Assembly: GCF_006345805.1 (NCBI RefSeq)
Contig: NC_043017.1
Span: forward strand, 29,636,001 to 29,700,000
Length of the DNA stretch: 64,000 bases
Origin: Octopus sinensis
Taxonomy: Eukaryota
Reading direction: 5' to 3'
Both the position numbers and the translations under genes were made by a program. Shown here one piece after another: positions 26,590 to 40,185 of the stretch. Under the pieces are notes generated by a model. It had not been told where the DNA came from, ran no database searches, and saw nothing but the letters and a program-made list of their open reading frames with translations. How positions within the stretch are numbered: position 1 is the stretch's first letter; each line of letters opens with the position of its first letter.

Positions 26590-27797
26590 GCAGAATGTCA
26601 TAAAGGAGTTAGAACCAGCGGAGAGCTGCAAATACCTAGGGTTATTTGAAGGGGGCAGAATCAAACATTAAGTGATGACGGAAGGAATCAGAAGAGAATG
26701 TTATTCCAGGGTAAGAGCAATACTCAAGACACAGCTGAATGCAAGAGGCAGGATCGAAGCGATCAATACTTTAACCATAACAATCGAGACTTATAGTTTC
26801 AGTATCATTAACTGATTAATTACTAAAATATGTGATGTTGATAGAAAAATACGAAAATTGTTGACAATGCATAGAATGCACCAACCTAAAGCATATATAG
26901 AACGACTTTATCTGCCAAGATATGAGGAAGGCCGTGAACTTTTACAAATGGAATTAACAATGAATAGTGTCACAATTGGCCTAGACACCTACTTAAAAAA
27001 CACTGAGGACTGAATGTTAAAACTTATCTCAAAACATGAAAACAACAAAGCATCATAGTCAGTCACAAAACAGGTAAAGGATTATATGAGAGAATTCCAA
27101 ACACAACAAATTCCAGAATTAAATGTAGGAGAAACAAGCACAAAGAAGCTAGACATATGAAAACCCGTGCGAAAATTGCTGCCTTAGATATTCTTACTGA
27201 TGAATGGCTAGAAAAACCACTCAATGGCAAATATCTAAAGAGAGCTAAAAATGCTTATGTTGACAAAGCCCTTACCCATCAATGATTAATGGCTTCTGGT
27301 TTAAAATCAGAAACAGAGGGTTTCTCATAGCAGCCCAAGATCAATGCCTACCTACAAGAAACTACCAGGTCAACATATTAAAGAACGGCAGCTGCCCAAA
27401 ATGTCGTGTATGTCAACAACACAACGAAACCATTGATCATGATGTCTCCATGTGCAGTCTTCTTGTGCCTACTGGTATGATAGGGCTGCACAATATATTC
27501 AGCGAGTAATTTGCAAAAATCTGAACCTACACCATGATAAAAACCGGTGCTTGAAAATAATCACATCTCACTCCTCTGGATCTTGAGCATTCAAAACAAA
27601 CTCATAATTTTCTTGTTTTCTTAAACATTATCTAGAACAATACTAACGTGCAAAACCAGATATATGACATCCTAGGCATAACACCGACATGAAGTTTTAA
27701 CTTGTTGTCTCTTGAGGTCTCTGGGTGAGGCTTGGAGCCAACTTGTAAAATACAACGCAAAAGTCAAACATATAACAATAATAATAATAATAATAAT
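26590..27797 (+). mobile_element. Fossil R4/Dong-clade LINE (RT C-terminus, CCHC finger, 3' UTR, (TAA)n)
   Basis: Frameshifted translations ESCKYLG, LNARGRIEAINT, MHRMHQPKAYIERLYLPR, LKSETEG/FLIAAQDQCLPTRNY, CRVCQQHNETIDH..S.C; ends in a TAA array, the known Dong target. Confidence 0.88.
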
Positions 27798-28144
27798 CTG
27801 TTGTGTCTGGGGATAGTCATTCTCTTTTAGTGCCTTATTATTTAACACACTCACTGGTAAAATTTCCACTTATTTCTTATTTTTATTTTCTAAAATTTTC
27901 GTTGCGTCTTGCAACCTTTTCAATACATATGCAAACCCACACACACACATACATAGGTACATGCGCACAAACAAACAAAAGGGAACGCAGTGTAGATAAC
28001 GGACAGAGTCAAGACTATTTAAAAGGATGCAAGACGCAACGAAAATTTTAGAAAATAAAAATAAGAAATAAGTGGAAATTTTACCGGTGAGTGTGTTAAA
28101 TAATAAGGCACTAAAAGAGAATGACTCTCCCCAGACACAACAGA
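27797..28144. repeat. ~124-bp inverted repeat with ~100-bp spacer (probable Penelope-like inverted terminal repeats)
   Basis: 27797-27920 is the reverse complement of 28021-28144 with few mismatches; the ORF track shows MEILPVSVLNNKALKEND on both strands. Confidence 0.9.
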
Positions 28145-28254
28145 ATATGCTTCAACACACGAATTCGTATAAAGAATCTTGCAAACGAAACCCAAAAATG
28201 AAAAATAATAATAATAATAATTATTATTATTATTATTATTACTTGTGCAGGTGT

Positions 28255-28450
28255 TTTCCCCTCTTTACTGGTTGACAACCGGTGTTGTTTTGTTTATGTC
28301 CCTATAACTTAGCAGCTCAGCAATAGAGTAAATAATATAAGTAACAGGCATAAAATTAAATAAATTAAAAGTGTCAAATAAATTCAACTAAGAATTCTTC
28401 AAGACGGTGCCCCAGCATGACCAGAGACTAATGACTGATACAAGTAAAAT
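28255..28450 (+). mobile_element. Degenerate 3' half of SINE family A
   Basis: 'ttgacaaccggtgt...taacttagc...ataagta...ggtgccccagcatg...atgactga.acaagtaaaa'. Confidence 0.65.
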
Positions 28451-29327
28451 ATAAATGTAAATATATAAATGAACCGAATATTTGTCGATAGAATTCAATA
28501 TCATTCACAATTTTTAAGAAATGCCAGTGGACACACATGGATCTTTTTCTCTTAAATCAAGAATTTTTTTCTCTTCTTTGTACAGAATCGTTCATTATGT
28601 ATTATGCCACGAACAGAAAGTTCTCGAAACTTTTCTAAGTGATATACATATAATGAAGTTGAGTCTTGCATTTACTTTAGTCAGTGGTCGCTGTCTAACA
28701 CACTTATTATCTTGGTGACAAGGCGTTCATAAATATATATATATACATAGGAAATCATTTATTATAATGTAATAATGCGGAAAACTGAAGGCACGAGAGA
28801 TGAAAAAGAAAAATGACAGAAATTATTTATAAGTCAATTATATTCTGCGCAGCATGTTAGAGCGAAATATTAATTGAATTAAAATTTATGAGCTGAACTA
28901 CAGTTAACATCACATATACAGCTGAAAGAAAGAAAATGACAGTATTAGACTAAATATGTTATGTTACGCAAATCAAGCTAGATAACTATTTTACACAGAA
29001 TGCCCTGTGTACAAAAACATTATTTAAAATTCCAACCATGCATTACTGCTATCATCGGAGAACAATTTTCTTCTGCATCATGTTATTTCAGCGTTAAGTG
29101 ATGAATTATTTTCCCTTTTTTTTTTTGTGTGTGTTTGGTTTTATTTTTCCTTTCTTTGTAGTTTCATTTCTACAACATCCCTTTCGTATTTTAGTCTATT
29201 TTTTTTCTTAGGTTTTAGCGAATAGAATATTAAATTTGGACAGAAACTCAATAACATTATACACTAGAAAGGTTCGTGTAGAATCGTAATCACGGGAGAG
29301 CATTGGAGAACTTTTAAGCAAGAATTG

Positions 29328-29347
29328 GTATACATACATATATATAC

Positions 29348-29402
<55 letters not shown>

Positions 29403-29618
29403 AACGCATATATATATATATACACACACACACATATATATATAAACACACATATATATATATATACACACACATATATATACACACATATATATATACA
29501 CACATACATATACACACATATATCACATACATATATACATACATATATACACATATATATACACACATATATACATATATATACATACATATATATATGT
29601 GTGTTTATGTATATATAC

Positions 29619-29652
<34 letters not shown>

Positions 29653-29661
29653 TTATGTATG

Positions 29662-29702
<41 letters not shown>
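29328..29702. repeat. Compound (TA)n/(CA)n/(TG)n microsatellite
   Basis: Direct reading. Confidence 0.95.
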
Positions 29703-30604
29703 TTTACTCTTTATTTGCTATATGCTGAATAGAACAAAATAAAATGCAGCTAAAAATAAAATTATCCTGCTTAACATATTATGTCCTTGTTATACTTGGA
29801 AGGTATTTCCACAGAAAATATTTTCATTTATAAGTATTGTATTTTATATATATATTTAAGTATTTTATCTCTTTTTCGCTGTAGTATAAAAATAAAAATA
29901 TAATATTTCATTGAAAGATATAAAATCTACAAATATAAAATTGCTAGGAGCCAAGTTTTAATGGGATGTGACATCCCTGCTGGCTTGCTAAAGAAACGCT
30001 TTCAGCAACAATATTGTAATCATTTATACGAATGAATATTTCGATCAAGTTGTTAAATCGATATTTCAAGCACCTCTTATTTCCATAGTCATACTAGTGT
30101 CAAAACGGAATTAATTTAATACAAGACAAAAATAAAATATATGTAATAGTATACTCAATGAAAGCAATATAACAAAATATACTAAAAAAAAAAATGGCAA
30201 ATAACTGATAATTCTTCACACATCATAAAAGTGTAAGTAAATGCCGCTGACATTTTCTACTCTAATTTTGTGTAGCATGTAATGTTGAATATTTGATGAG
30301 ACAGACTCACTCTCACGCATGCGCATACATATACTCAGGGGCAGTGTTAGAGTATAGTTATGATCCGTTCTATTCTGATTCACAAATCCTCTAATCAGTT
30401 CTACCCAACTTCACTTAGTAGTACCTACATATATGAAATACGATCCCAATTATGATTGATATTTCGATTGGATAGGATTGAATTCGATTGCTCATGTTCA
30501 GTCCACCACAGGACGACGGCTCAAGCAGTTTTTCTCCACCGACCAATGTGGAGGCCGTGAATGTCAACTTGAGACCATACAGTTTTGATGAGCCAACTCA
30601 TGTT

Positions 30605-30908
30605 CTTGTTTGTTCCTTCTCGAGCCATGCTTGATTCATAATGGCCAGTTTCCCGATTTCCTTGGCGTATAGGTTCCTCACCGGGACGGGACGCCGGTCC
30701 GTCGCAGGTGAGCTGCAAGATGCAGGAGGAAAGAGTGAGAGAAAGTTATGGCGGAAGAGTCAGCAGAAGTTCGCCATTACTTTCTGCCGGAGTCGCTTGG
30801 AGCTTAGAAGATTCGCTCATAAACGCACACATCGCCCGGGCTGAGATTCGCACCCGGGATCACTCGACCGCGAGTCCGCTGCTCTAACCACTAGGCCATA
30901 TGCCTCCA
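30605..30908 (-). mobile_element. tRNA-derived SINE family M (Meta-domain-like 3' part)
   Basis: A-box tggcctagtgg; 'cctgcgacggaccggcgtcccgtcc...gaaa[c/t]cggga'; TSD caactc[a/t]tgtt at 30594-30604 and 30909-30919. Confidence 0.85.
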
Positions 30909-31120
30909 CAACTCTTGTTGAACATGGCTTGTCAGAGGGGTGAAGTTTTTATACTCATACCAAGGAATATTTAAGTCAATTACAACATCCCCGTGCTCAA
31001 TTTATACTTATTCCCACGATCCTGAAAAACTGAAAAGCAAAATTGACCCCGGTGGAATTTCAATTCAGAAAGTAACGATGGACGAAATGCCACTAAGCCT
31101 TTTACTCGTAATGCTAACTA

Positions 31121-31422
31121 GTGTGGAGGTACATGGCCTAATGGTTAGAGCAGCGGACTCGCGGTCGCGGGATCACAGGATCGAATCTCAGATCGGGAGA
31201 TATGTGTCAGTTTATGAGCAAAACACCTAAGCTTCACACGGCTCCGGCAGAGGGTAATGGCGACCTTCTGTTGACTCTTTTGCCACAACTTTCTCTCACT
31301 CTTTCCTCCTGCATCTTGCAGCTCACCTGCGACGGACCGGCGTCCCGTCCAGGGGAAGAATCTATACGCCAAGGAAACCGGGAAACCGGCCCTTATGAGC
31401 CAGGCATGGCTCGAGAAGGAAC
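31121..31422 (+). mobile_element. SINE family M, inserted into an older family B copy
   Basis: Reverse complement of the 30605 copy; TSD aatgctaac[t/a]a at 31110-31120 and 31423-31433; family B remnant at 30940-31120. Confidence 0.85.
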
Positions 31423-31717
31423 AATGCTAACAATTCTTCTTACGTGCGTGTGCGAGTATTTTAGTAAGATTAAAATCAAATCTACATTGAGCTTTATGAT
31501 CTGAATAACAGCAAAGCTGTTAATCATATCATGCATGTGTTTAAAACTAACCTGGGTTCATTATTATTCTCTCATTCATTCAGATTGTTGAAATGAGAAC
31601 CCGTTACAAGTGAACATGGGGAATTTTTAACTATGTGTGCAAAATAACATAAGAAGCTAATGTTGGGTCTCGGTTAAATGTTCCACACACAATAAAACAC
31701 ACCATTAATTTAAACTG

Positions 31718-32269
31718 TAGTGGTTGTATGCTGTCAACTCAATGTGACAGTCCCCTTTGCAAATAAAAGGACACAGAAAATGTGTCAAAGCCGACAGGAG
31801 ACGTCGATGTTGCCTAGGGCTAAACGGAGGTGGTGTAATTCCCTTACGGGACTATCACGTTGAGTCGACAGCATACAACCACTATATTGCTCCACCGCCG
31901 CTTATGTCTCTCTGAGACATTTAGAAATTCAATATTTCTAATTTCGGTGATCAGTAAATAAATTTTACTGATAATATGATATATTTGCAGACAGGTTGCA
32001 GTCATCTCAGCGAGCTAGGCAGGCTACCCTGAACTGACGATGAGCAATACACTCAGAAACATGCCTTGTCCCGACTTGCGGGGGTGATTGCCTCCCCTTT
32101 GCAAATATAAGGGCACAGAAAATGTGTCAAAGACGATGTCGATGTTCCCTAGTGCTAAATGGCGGTGGTTTAATTCCCTTACGGGACTGTCACATTGAGT
32201 TGACAGTATACGACCACTATATCGCTCCACCACCGCTTATGCCTCTCTGAGACATTTAGAAATTCAATA
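31718..32269 (+). repeat. Partial tandem repeat (~180 bp x2) with an inverted 5' segment; Penelope-like architecture
   Basis: 31752-31934 resembles 32094-32269; 31718-31754 is the reverse complement of 31848-31884 (3 mismatches). Confidence 0.8.
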
Positions 32270-32878
32270 GTTTTAAGTTAAACTGTTTTGTGAGAATTCA
32301 AAGGTATTATCAACACCTTGCTGAGAAGATTTCGTTTGATTAACAGCACAAATGAAATTTCCAACATCATGAAAGATGAACAATATTATGTCTGGAGTTT
32401 GTAAAATATGAATTGTTATATTTTGTCATTTAATTTGGAAAGTTTGCCAACTTTTCAGACTTCTCTCGATAAGAGCCTCGTGTTGGTACATGTCATTGTT
32501 TGATGTGATTTTACAGAATTGCTTAACTACGTTCCATACTTATCATGTAGACTGATGTCGCACCTGTAAGTGCAGAAAGCTAGAGTGAGCTAATTAAGAC
32601 CGGATAATTTGTGGACTTATGGCTCAGATATAATTTGTCAGAGTGTGTTCTCGCTCAATACATCATTGCATTCATACATATGTTCCTACAAACGTACATA
32701 CATATACAAAGTCCATGCATGCATACATATATACATAGAGTCATGCACATTCACACACACATATATATACATATATATACATATATATACATTTATAAGT
32801 ATATATGTAAGTATATCTATATATCTATATATATATATATATTATATTATACATATCTGTATATATATGTTTGCATAA

Positions 32879-32926
<48 letters not shown>

Positions 32927-33010
32927 GTGTATATAAATATATGCATTTATAAGCATATACGTATGTATATCTATATATCTCTCTCTATATATTATACATA
33001 TCTGTATATA

Positions 33011-33079
<69 letters not shown>

Positions 33080-33580
33080 ATATATATATATATGTGCATA
33101 TAGGCGGTGCTTATATGCATATGTGTGGGTATATGTTTGCTTTGCGACTGACGAAATATTTCATTGGCCGATATTTTTATCTACGCTAATTAGTCACAAC
33201 TAAATTGTTATTCAATTTCTAGATTTTCAAAATGTACTTCTCGCTTCTCCAATTAACTTACAATGAGAATATCCTGGAAATTCTTGCCGTATTGTAACCT
33301 TTTACAGATCACTCTTAAATGATTTCAACTTTTTTCTCGACCTTAGCAAATATGGTTTGTAGTATCAGTACGTGTTTTGTATAAATGGCAAGGTTTATTG
33401 AAGACTGGAACATAATGAAGATGGAAGTGTTAAGAGAATATTGCAACGGAATAAATATTTTTTCTTTGCAAATGTGCCAGAACTTATATAGAATGCATAG
33501 GAACATTTCAATTTGGAGTTTCGCTGTTCTGCCTAAACACCATGATCTGAAATTTACAAAGTTATTAAAATAATTATTTT

Positions 33581-33652
<72 letters not shown>

Positions 33653-35059
33653 AGAGGGTTCTATTCTTGACAAAATCAAGGAAAGAATATACGAAATCTG
33701 GAACGACTTAATTATCTAACTTTGAGATTTAAGTATTTATTTTGTATTTAATTCGGTTTGTCTGGTCACATTTTTGTAGTCTGAGTAGAAAGATGTGTTC
33801 GCACGAATCAATTTCCAATTAGTAGACAGAACATATAAACTGAACTGTTTCCGACCTGTAATCTTTATACACCCCAAGGTATTGAACTCCATCACTTGCC
33901 CCTGGGACTTGATAATATACTTAACAAAGATCAATATATCCAGGAACACATGACTGCATACGATATCTTCATGTGCATGGCTAGATACATGATTTTATTT
34001 GGTAGCATTTCAAATATAAACTCAATGAGGTTCATTTTCAATTTTTAAACGTATAATAGATTCTTGTCTGAAATTGTGTTTGTGTTTCTGCCTGGTAGCA
34101 ATAGTTAATGCTGTAATCAAAACTTTTCAATATGTTGTTACTGAATTAGCCGTGGATTCAATGGAAACATAATTACAACTGCATTTTCTAACTCTAGGCA
34201 GACGGACTGCGAATACCATAGAATATTATGTAATTTTTAAATTGTTACTTAATGTTTATATATCTACGTCTTGTCTGTTGCTTTGCACACAAGAGCAGAA
34301 GAGAAATGATAATAACTGTATATTGTTTGACAAAAGCGAAACGAAAATTGTAAATTGATTGCTGAGGGGAATGGCGTACTTAAGAATAATGATCGCTGAT
34401 GAGGATAGAATGTATAACTAGAATGAGAACATAAAATTTGGTATCAAAATAGCATAAACTGTAACAGCTGCACATACGCAAACATCAATGACAAATATAG
34501 AAATACACTTGACTTCATTTAAACTGTGGAACAAATTACCCTGAGACGACATGAACATCTCTTGCCGATGTACTCATATGAATATCCGATAGAAAAATCT
34601 TCCATGCTAGTCTCCACAAATTACTCACAACAAACGCAACAACGATCTGTTCCCTCTAGCATGCAATGCAGTTCCAATTATCGTATAAAGACGTTTCACT
34701 TCACTTGGGATCAAAACATTCTGGGAAAAGGCAGGAATAACAGAATACCCAGTTCTGAGTACGTCTTCGGAATTTAGATGTTCATACAGCGCTCTAGAAT
34801 CACAGTAGGATAATTTATACAACGAAAACCCAGAAATAAAATCATGAATAAAATAATAATAGAGAGTTAATGATGTTAATGACCCATCTAGTTCTCTCTC
34901 TGCCCCCTCCCTCCCCCTCTCTCTCTCTTCATACATGCACTCACACCCACAAAGCGTTTCTTATTAAAACTGAAGCTGAGAGCGTGAGTCATAAACCAAG
35001 TTTCACGGCACTGCGACAAACAGGTGAAACTAACAAGGCTATCTCTCACACACTGTCTC

Positions 35060-35100
<41 letters not shown>

Positions 35101-35102
<2 letters not shown>

Positions 35103-35501
35103 TCTTTTTTTACTCTTTTACTTGTTTCAGTCATTTGACTGCGGACATGCTGGAGCACTGTCTTTAGTCGAGCAACTCGACCCCGGGACTTATTCTTTGT
35201 AAGCCCAGTACTTATTCTATTGATCACTCTTGACGAATAGCTCAGGTAAGTGGACGTAAACACACCAACACCGGTTTTCGAGAAGTCATGGTGAGACAAG
35301 CACACACACACATACACACACACACACACACACATATATATCTGTATATTCACGACGGGCTTCTTTCAGTTTCCGTATATCAAATGCGCTGACGAAGCTA
35401 TGAGCGACCCGAGGCTATAGTAGAAAACACTTGCCCAAGGTTCTCCACAGGTAGGACTGAAATCGGAACCATGTGGTTGGGAAGCAAGCTTCTTGCAACA
35501 C
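35101..35501 (-). mobile_element. SINE family A, diverged copy
   Basis: All family A modules present in reverse complement. Confidence 0.85.
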
Positions 35502-36127
35502 TTATCTTTTGTGTACGTGGACAGCCTAGTGAGATGTGTAATTTCCATTTTTGCATATTTTATATCGGCAGGTGTTTTTATGATTTGCCTGAAATACCAC
35601 AAACACAAATGTAACACAACACAGACAATCGATGTAATAACAAGATGTACCGGACCACCAACGTAAAATTAAGGAAAGCATTCAAATATTCTTGAAAGAA
35701 AAGAAACATCTACTGGGAAAGTGAAGTTAAAAATATGTACGTAATCATCTCGCTTTAAATCGAAGGTAACACAGTAGATAATTTAATGGTGTTATTTGCA
35801 TTCATACACTGAACCTAAAGAAATTCACTGAAAATTTGAGAAACAGGAACAAATGAAACGCACTGTATTATTCCTACACGACTGTTATAAATACTTTGTA
35901 GGTCTCAAGAGTATATTTCTTTCTTCAAGATCTTAACTAAGAGATTAATAAAATTCAAAACTGTAATTATGAAAAAGCAACAGTTTACTGGAAGACATTC
36001 TGATGAACGCGATTTCTTTCTACGTAAGTTTCTTTTACATATTCCTGTAAGAAAGACATCTTAACGTCCATGGAAGGGAATTATAAATCCTATAGAGTTA
36101 TTTCAATGCATGGATTTCAATGTAAAG

Positions 36128-36305
36128 GGAAAGTTTACGAAAATAAACAAAAGACGAAGGCAGGTGGAGTACAAACAAACAAATGTATTATTATAGCGCT
36201 CAGGAATAGATAAATGTCTTTTACGTTTCGAGCCTACGCTCTTCGACAGAATGATACACAGAAAAAAACAAGGAGAGCAAAAAATGCGAGTAGGAGCTAA
36301 CGTCA
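36128..36305 (-). mobile_element. Penelope-like fragment family F1
   Basis: Homologous to 22120-22258 and 63240-63392; contains 'ttttacgtttcgagcctacgctcttcgacag'. Confidence 0.6.
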
Positions 36306-37602
36306 AGGTACCTTACATTTGATTAATGTACATTCTGTATACATGTGTATGTGCATGTGTGTGTGTGTGTGTGAGGGTGTGCCCGTTTGTAAAGTGTCTA
36401 TATTTCATGTTCAAGGATCACTTTCCCACACGCTTACTTGAAAGAATATTCGTTGTAAGTTTACAAAATATTTGACCTCACTTTCTCACAGTCTGCTTCA
36501 GTAAGTTTGTTTCTGTTTTCTTTTTACTTCAGTATATTTCTATTTCTTTCTATAAATATTATTGTGTGTGGCGTGCTTTTGCATATGTGCCTCTGAGAAC
36601 ATATGCATTCATATATCTGCACATGTACGGAGATTTAGGCATATATATGTATGCATTTGTGTGCCAGTGTATACATAAATACATATATGCATACATACAT
36701 TCATACGTACATACGTTTATACATACGTACGCGCACACAGAGGCATATATAATGAGAATTCACTCATAGTACGAATTCCATTATAAGCAATGTTATTATA
36801 AGTTCTTATCTGATTAGATTTGTATGATATGGGTATATGCTATCGATATTATTCGATATCAATATCCTTGATTGAATATGCGTCGAGCTACGTAGTGGAA
36901 AATTTAAAATCCTGATGTACGTATTCCATGAAAACACTTCGATTCCCAGATGAATTCACCTCCTTATATTTCCGTCATAATACGCCTACCAATGTTATAT
37001 GACGTCACTATTTCTTGATTTTCTTTATTTTATCTCAAAATGTGTTTTTATGTTTTTTTTTCAGTTAAAGTTTGCCAAGCCTCCGGTTTGATTACCAAAC
37101 ATTCAATGTGGACACCAGGAAAGTAAATAAATATAGCAGATAAGAATACTCTATAGCATTTACGTATCTTACTGAGACAGATATAACCATGGTCTAAAAA
37201 AAGATGTTCGCTTCGCCATAACATTGTTATGGGTTTCTTCCCCATGTAAGATCTGAAAATCAATTAAGTCTCTCAATATTTTTTCAATGTACGGAGAAAT
37301 CGTTATGGTATGTTTACATATAATAAATTACACCTCGATACTCTCCGGTTTGAATTCCTCTTTGATAGATTTTTAATGTCAAATAAATTGGTAAACATTT
37401 AAGATATGCAAATTAGTAGTTCAACTGCTGTGAGCTACTTGACGTGTATATAAACAGATTAGCTATTTGCTTCACTGTTATTGATCATGTGATGTAGACA
37501 TCTCAATAAACTTGTTCGTACTTTATAAAATCTACGAAGAAATAGGAGCATGTCTAACACGTAAAATTTTATATACACACAAACACACAGATATATAGCC
37601 AG

Positions 37603-37997
37603 ACTCTTTACTCTTTTACTTGTTTCAGTCATTTGACTGTGGCCATGCTGGAGCACCACCTCTTAGTCGAGCAAATCCAGCCCAGGACTTATTCTTTGTA
37701 AGCCTAGTACTTTGCCGAACCGCTAAGTTAGGGGACGTAAACACACCAGCATCGGTTGTCAAGCGATGTTGGGGGGACAAACACAGACACACAAACATAT
37801 ACACATACACACACACATATATATACATATGTACGACGGGCTTCTTTCAGTTTCCGTCTACCAAATCCACTCATAAGGCTTTGGTCGGCCCGAGGCTATA
37901 GTAGAAGACACTTGCCCAAGGTGCCACGCAGTGGGACTGAACCCAGAACCATATGGTTCGTAAGCAAGTTATTTACCACACAGCCACTCCTACGCCT
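37603..37997 (-). mobile_element. SINE family A, near full length
   Basis: Head 'aggcgtaggagtggctgtg' through tail 'gtaaaagagtaaagag' on the minus strand. Confidence 0.9.
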
Positions 37998-38899
37998 ATG
38001 TTGATACAAATATCAGTATGTGAATATTTATTTATTAATATCCGGTATAAGTACCAGAGATTCAGGCGTCAGTCACGAAACCGTAGGATCTTCGGTCACT
38101 CTGATACATCTGCTAAATATTAACACGTATATGTTTTTATGTATTTGACTTTCTGACACATCTTTGTGTGTGCCTCGTAGTGTTCTTATAAGCAAGTTGT
38201 AGAAGTACAATACTTACGCCAGTATTACTTATAAACCGTGTTATGTTTACTATACAGATCAATAGTGATGAATGGAATGAGTTGAATCCTTGCAAAAAGC
38301 TTTCTCATCATGATAGCAGTCTACTGACTAAGTTTCTTAATAATGAAACAATATCCTTATGGGAAAGGCGTTATAGAAAAAACACATCAACTGTGACTAA
38401 TATAATTTTTATCGTAATATTCACTCACAAGCAGACAGACGTATATATATATACGATTAAATGAAGTAAATATTAAATTTCATAAACATGTGGTACTTTA
38501 ATTTATTCCAACATCTGTTTCATGAGGAATAAGCATTGTTATTTCTAAAGTTACATAATCAATCAAAATTACCGTATTTTTAAGTGTATTTCGTAAAAAC
38601 ATCGTAACATCTTTCATGATATCTTTATTGTAAAATATTTCGGTTGAGCTTTGTAAGGGAAAACCTATGGTGCTGACCATGTAAATAAAATGCGGTGATA
38701 TTATAGTTAAACAGGTGATGGAAACAAACAACGTAAATTTACCGTAATCTTTAAAGGAATGTAAGTGAAATTTGCCATCGTAGAAACCAGGGAAATGGCT
38801 ATCATTGAATCTAGGTACAAGCAAACTAAAGCAAATCGGTGTAGTTAAAAATTAAAGTAAAACAAACAGCAAATTACAATTAATGTAAATAATTTCCTC

Positions 38900-39038
38900 A
38901 GAATTTGAACTCGGAATGTAACAGCAGATGAAATACCCATTTCTTTACTACCCACAAGGAACTAAACACAGAGGGGACAAACAAGGACATACAAACGGAT
39001 TAAGTCGATTACATCGACCCCAGTGCTTAACTGGCACC
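38900..39038 (-). mobile_element. SINE family B fragment spanning the dimer junction
   Basis: 'gcagatgaaatacccatttctttactacccacaagg'. Confidence 0.75.
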
Positions 39039-39199
39039 TATGAATAGTTACAGTATACGCAGACAAAGAGAATTTTCCTTGGGTGTTAGTAAAACATAAA
39101 AACTGAATGCACGCCTGGTTTTTCAGCGAACATCAGAGGCTAGTGTACATAACAATAAAGGAAAAATTAAAAAAGAAACGTTTGACACAGTTTCTTTTA

Positions 39200-40185
39200 A
39201 TCGCCATTTACAAGACCTAGAAAATCATGATTAAATCAGCATCTGCAATGCCTGAAAACCCAGTCACACTGTTGGTGTCCGTATTATTCTCCGCAACACT
39301 AGAATTTTCGGCAATAGGATCTGAGAAACAGCTTGGATGTCTCTTGGATTTCCAACCAATTGAGTCTTTAATTATCCAATAAATCTATGAGAGAAAACCG
39401 ATCCAAAAGAATGCACTTTTCTGTAACAGCGCATCTGTACGCTTGAACCTCACATTATCAAGCCACAAAACAATTCTTCTTTCATCCCTCCAACCTTTTG
39501 CATGAACATGGATACAAATGCAATTGGATATCCTTTCTTCAGTTATTGTATTTCTTTTGAAAAGCAAAGATGGCAGTTTTGCTTCATGAATGAATTTAAT
39601 ACAATTGTGAAGTGCGTTTTCTCATGGCCGCATGTTATAACAACCACAGATTCAGCACCTTTCGATTCTCCGATCTTTAATGGCATGTCAAATGTCAAAG
39701 TAATTCCTTATATGTTTGCTGTGTATGGAAGATAAAAATTACTCCCTTTTCTTGCATTCATCGCTTGTTTGTGAATGACATTTGATTAAATCTACGTATC
39801 CATGGGGCGTTTTTTGCTCTTCTTGTCCTGATCTCCTACAGTTTTATTTCTCACCGTAAATGTTGAGCACAAAGCAATTAACTCTTTAAGAATCGTTCAT
39901 GTCACTCCCCAATGTTGTCAGTCTTCAACGGCGCATAATCATTTTAGTGGATATTAAAAAGCCCGAACTTCTTTTGTCTAACACGCATGTCTAAAACTTC
40001 TACTTCTGGTCATTTTACAATTCATGGACGGAGATTGTGTTTGCTACGCCTTGCAGATTTGATTTAAAGGTTGTCGTTTCCTCTAGGTTCGTATCATTTT
40101 ACTGATTAGCGGTGGATTAAAATACTGCGCTGCTTCTCTGTTATCATGATTCATTGCCGATGTAATATCTATCCGAAATTTAACG
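39200..40185 (-). pseudogene. Decayed pogo/Tigger-type (Tc1/mariner superfamily) transposase
   Basis: Minus-strand fragments LTFDMP..GESKGAESVVVITCGHEKTHFTIV and HAKGWRDE...WLDNV...ALL resemble pogo DDE_1 domains; N-terminal NHDNREAAQYFNPP...KMIR resembles the pogo DNA-binding region; many stops and frameshifts. Confidence 0.72.

Noticed and set aside
38054-38103. cagag...GAAA-CCG..CGG-TC-actctg, hammerhead-like 3' half
   Set aside because: Stems I and III are plausible but no CUGANGA core is present; at most a remnant
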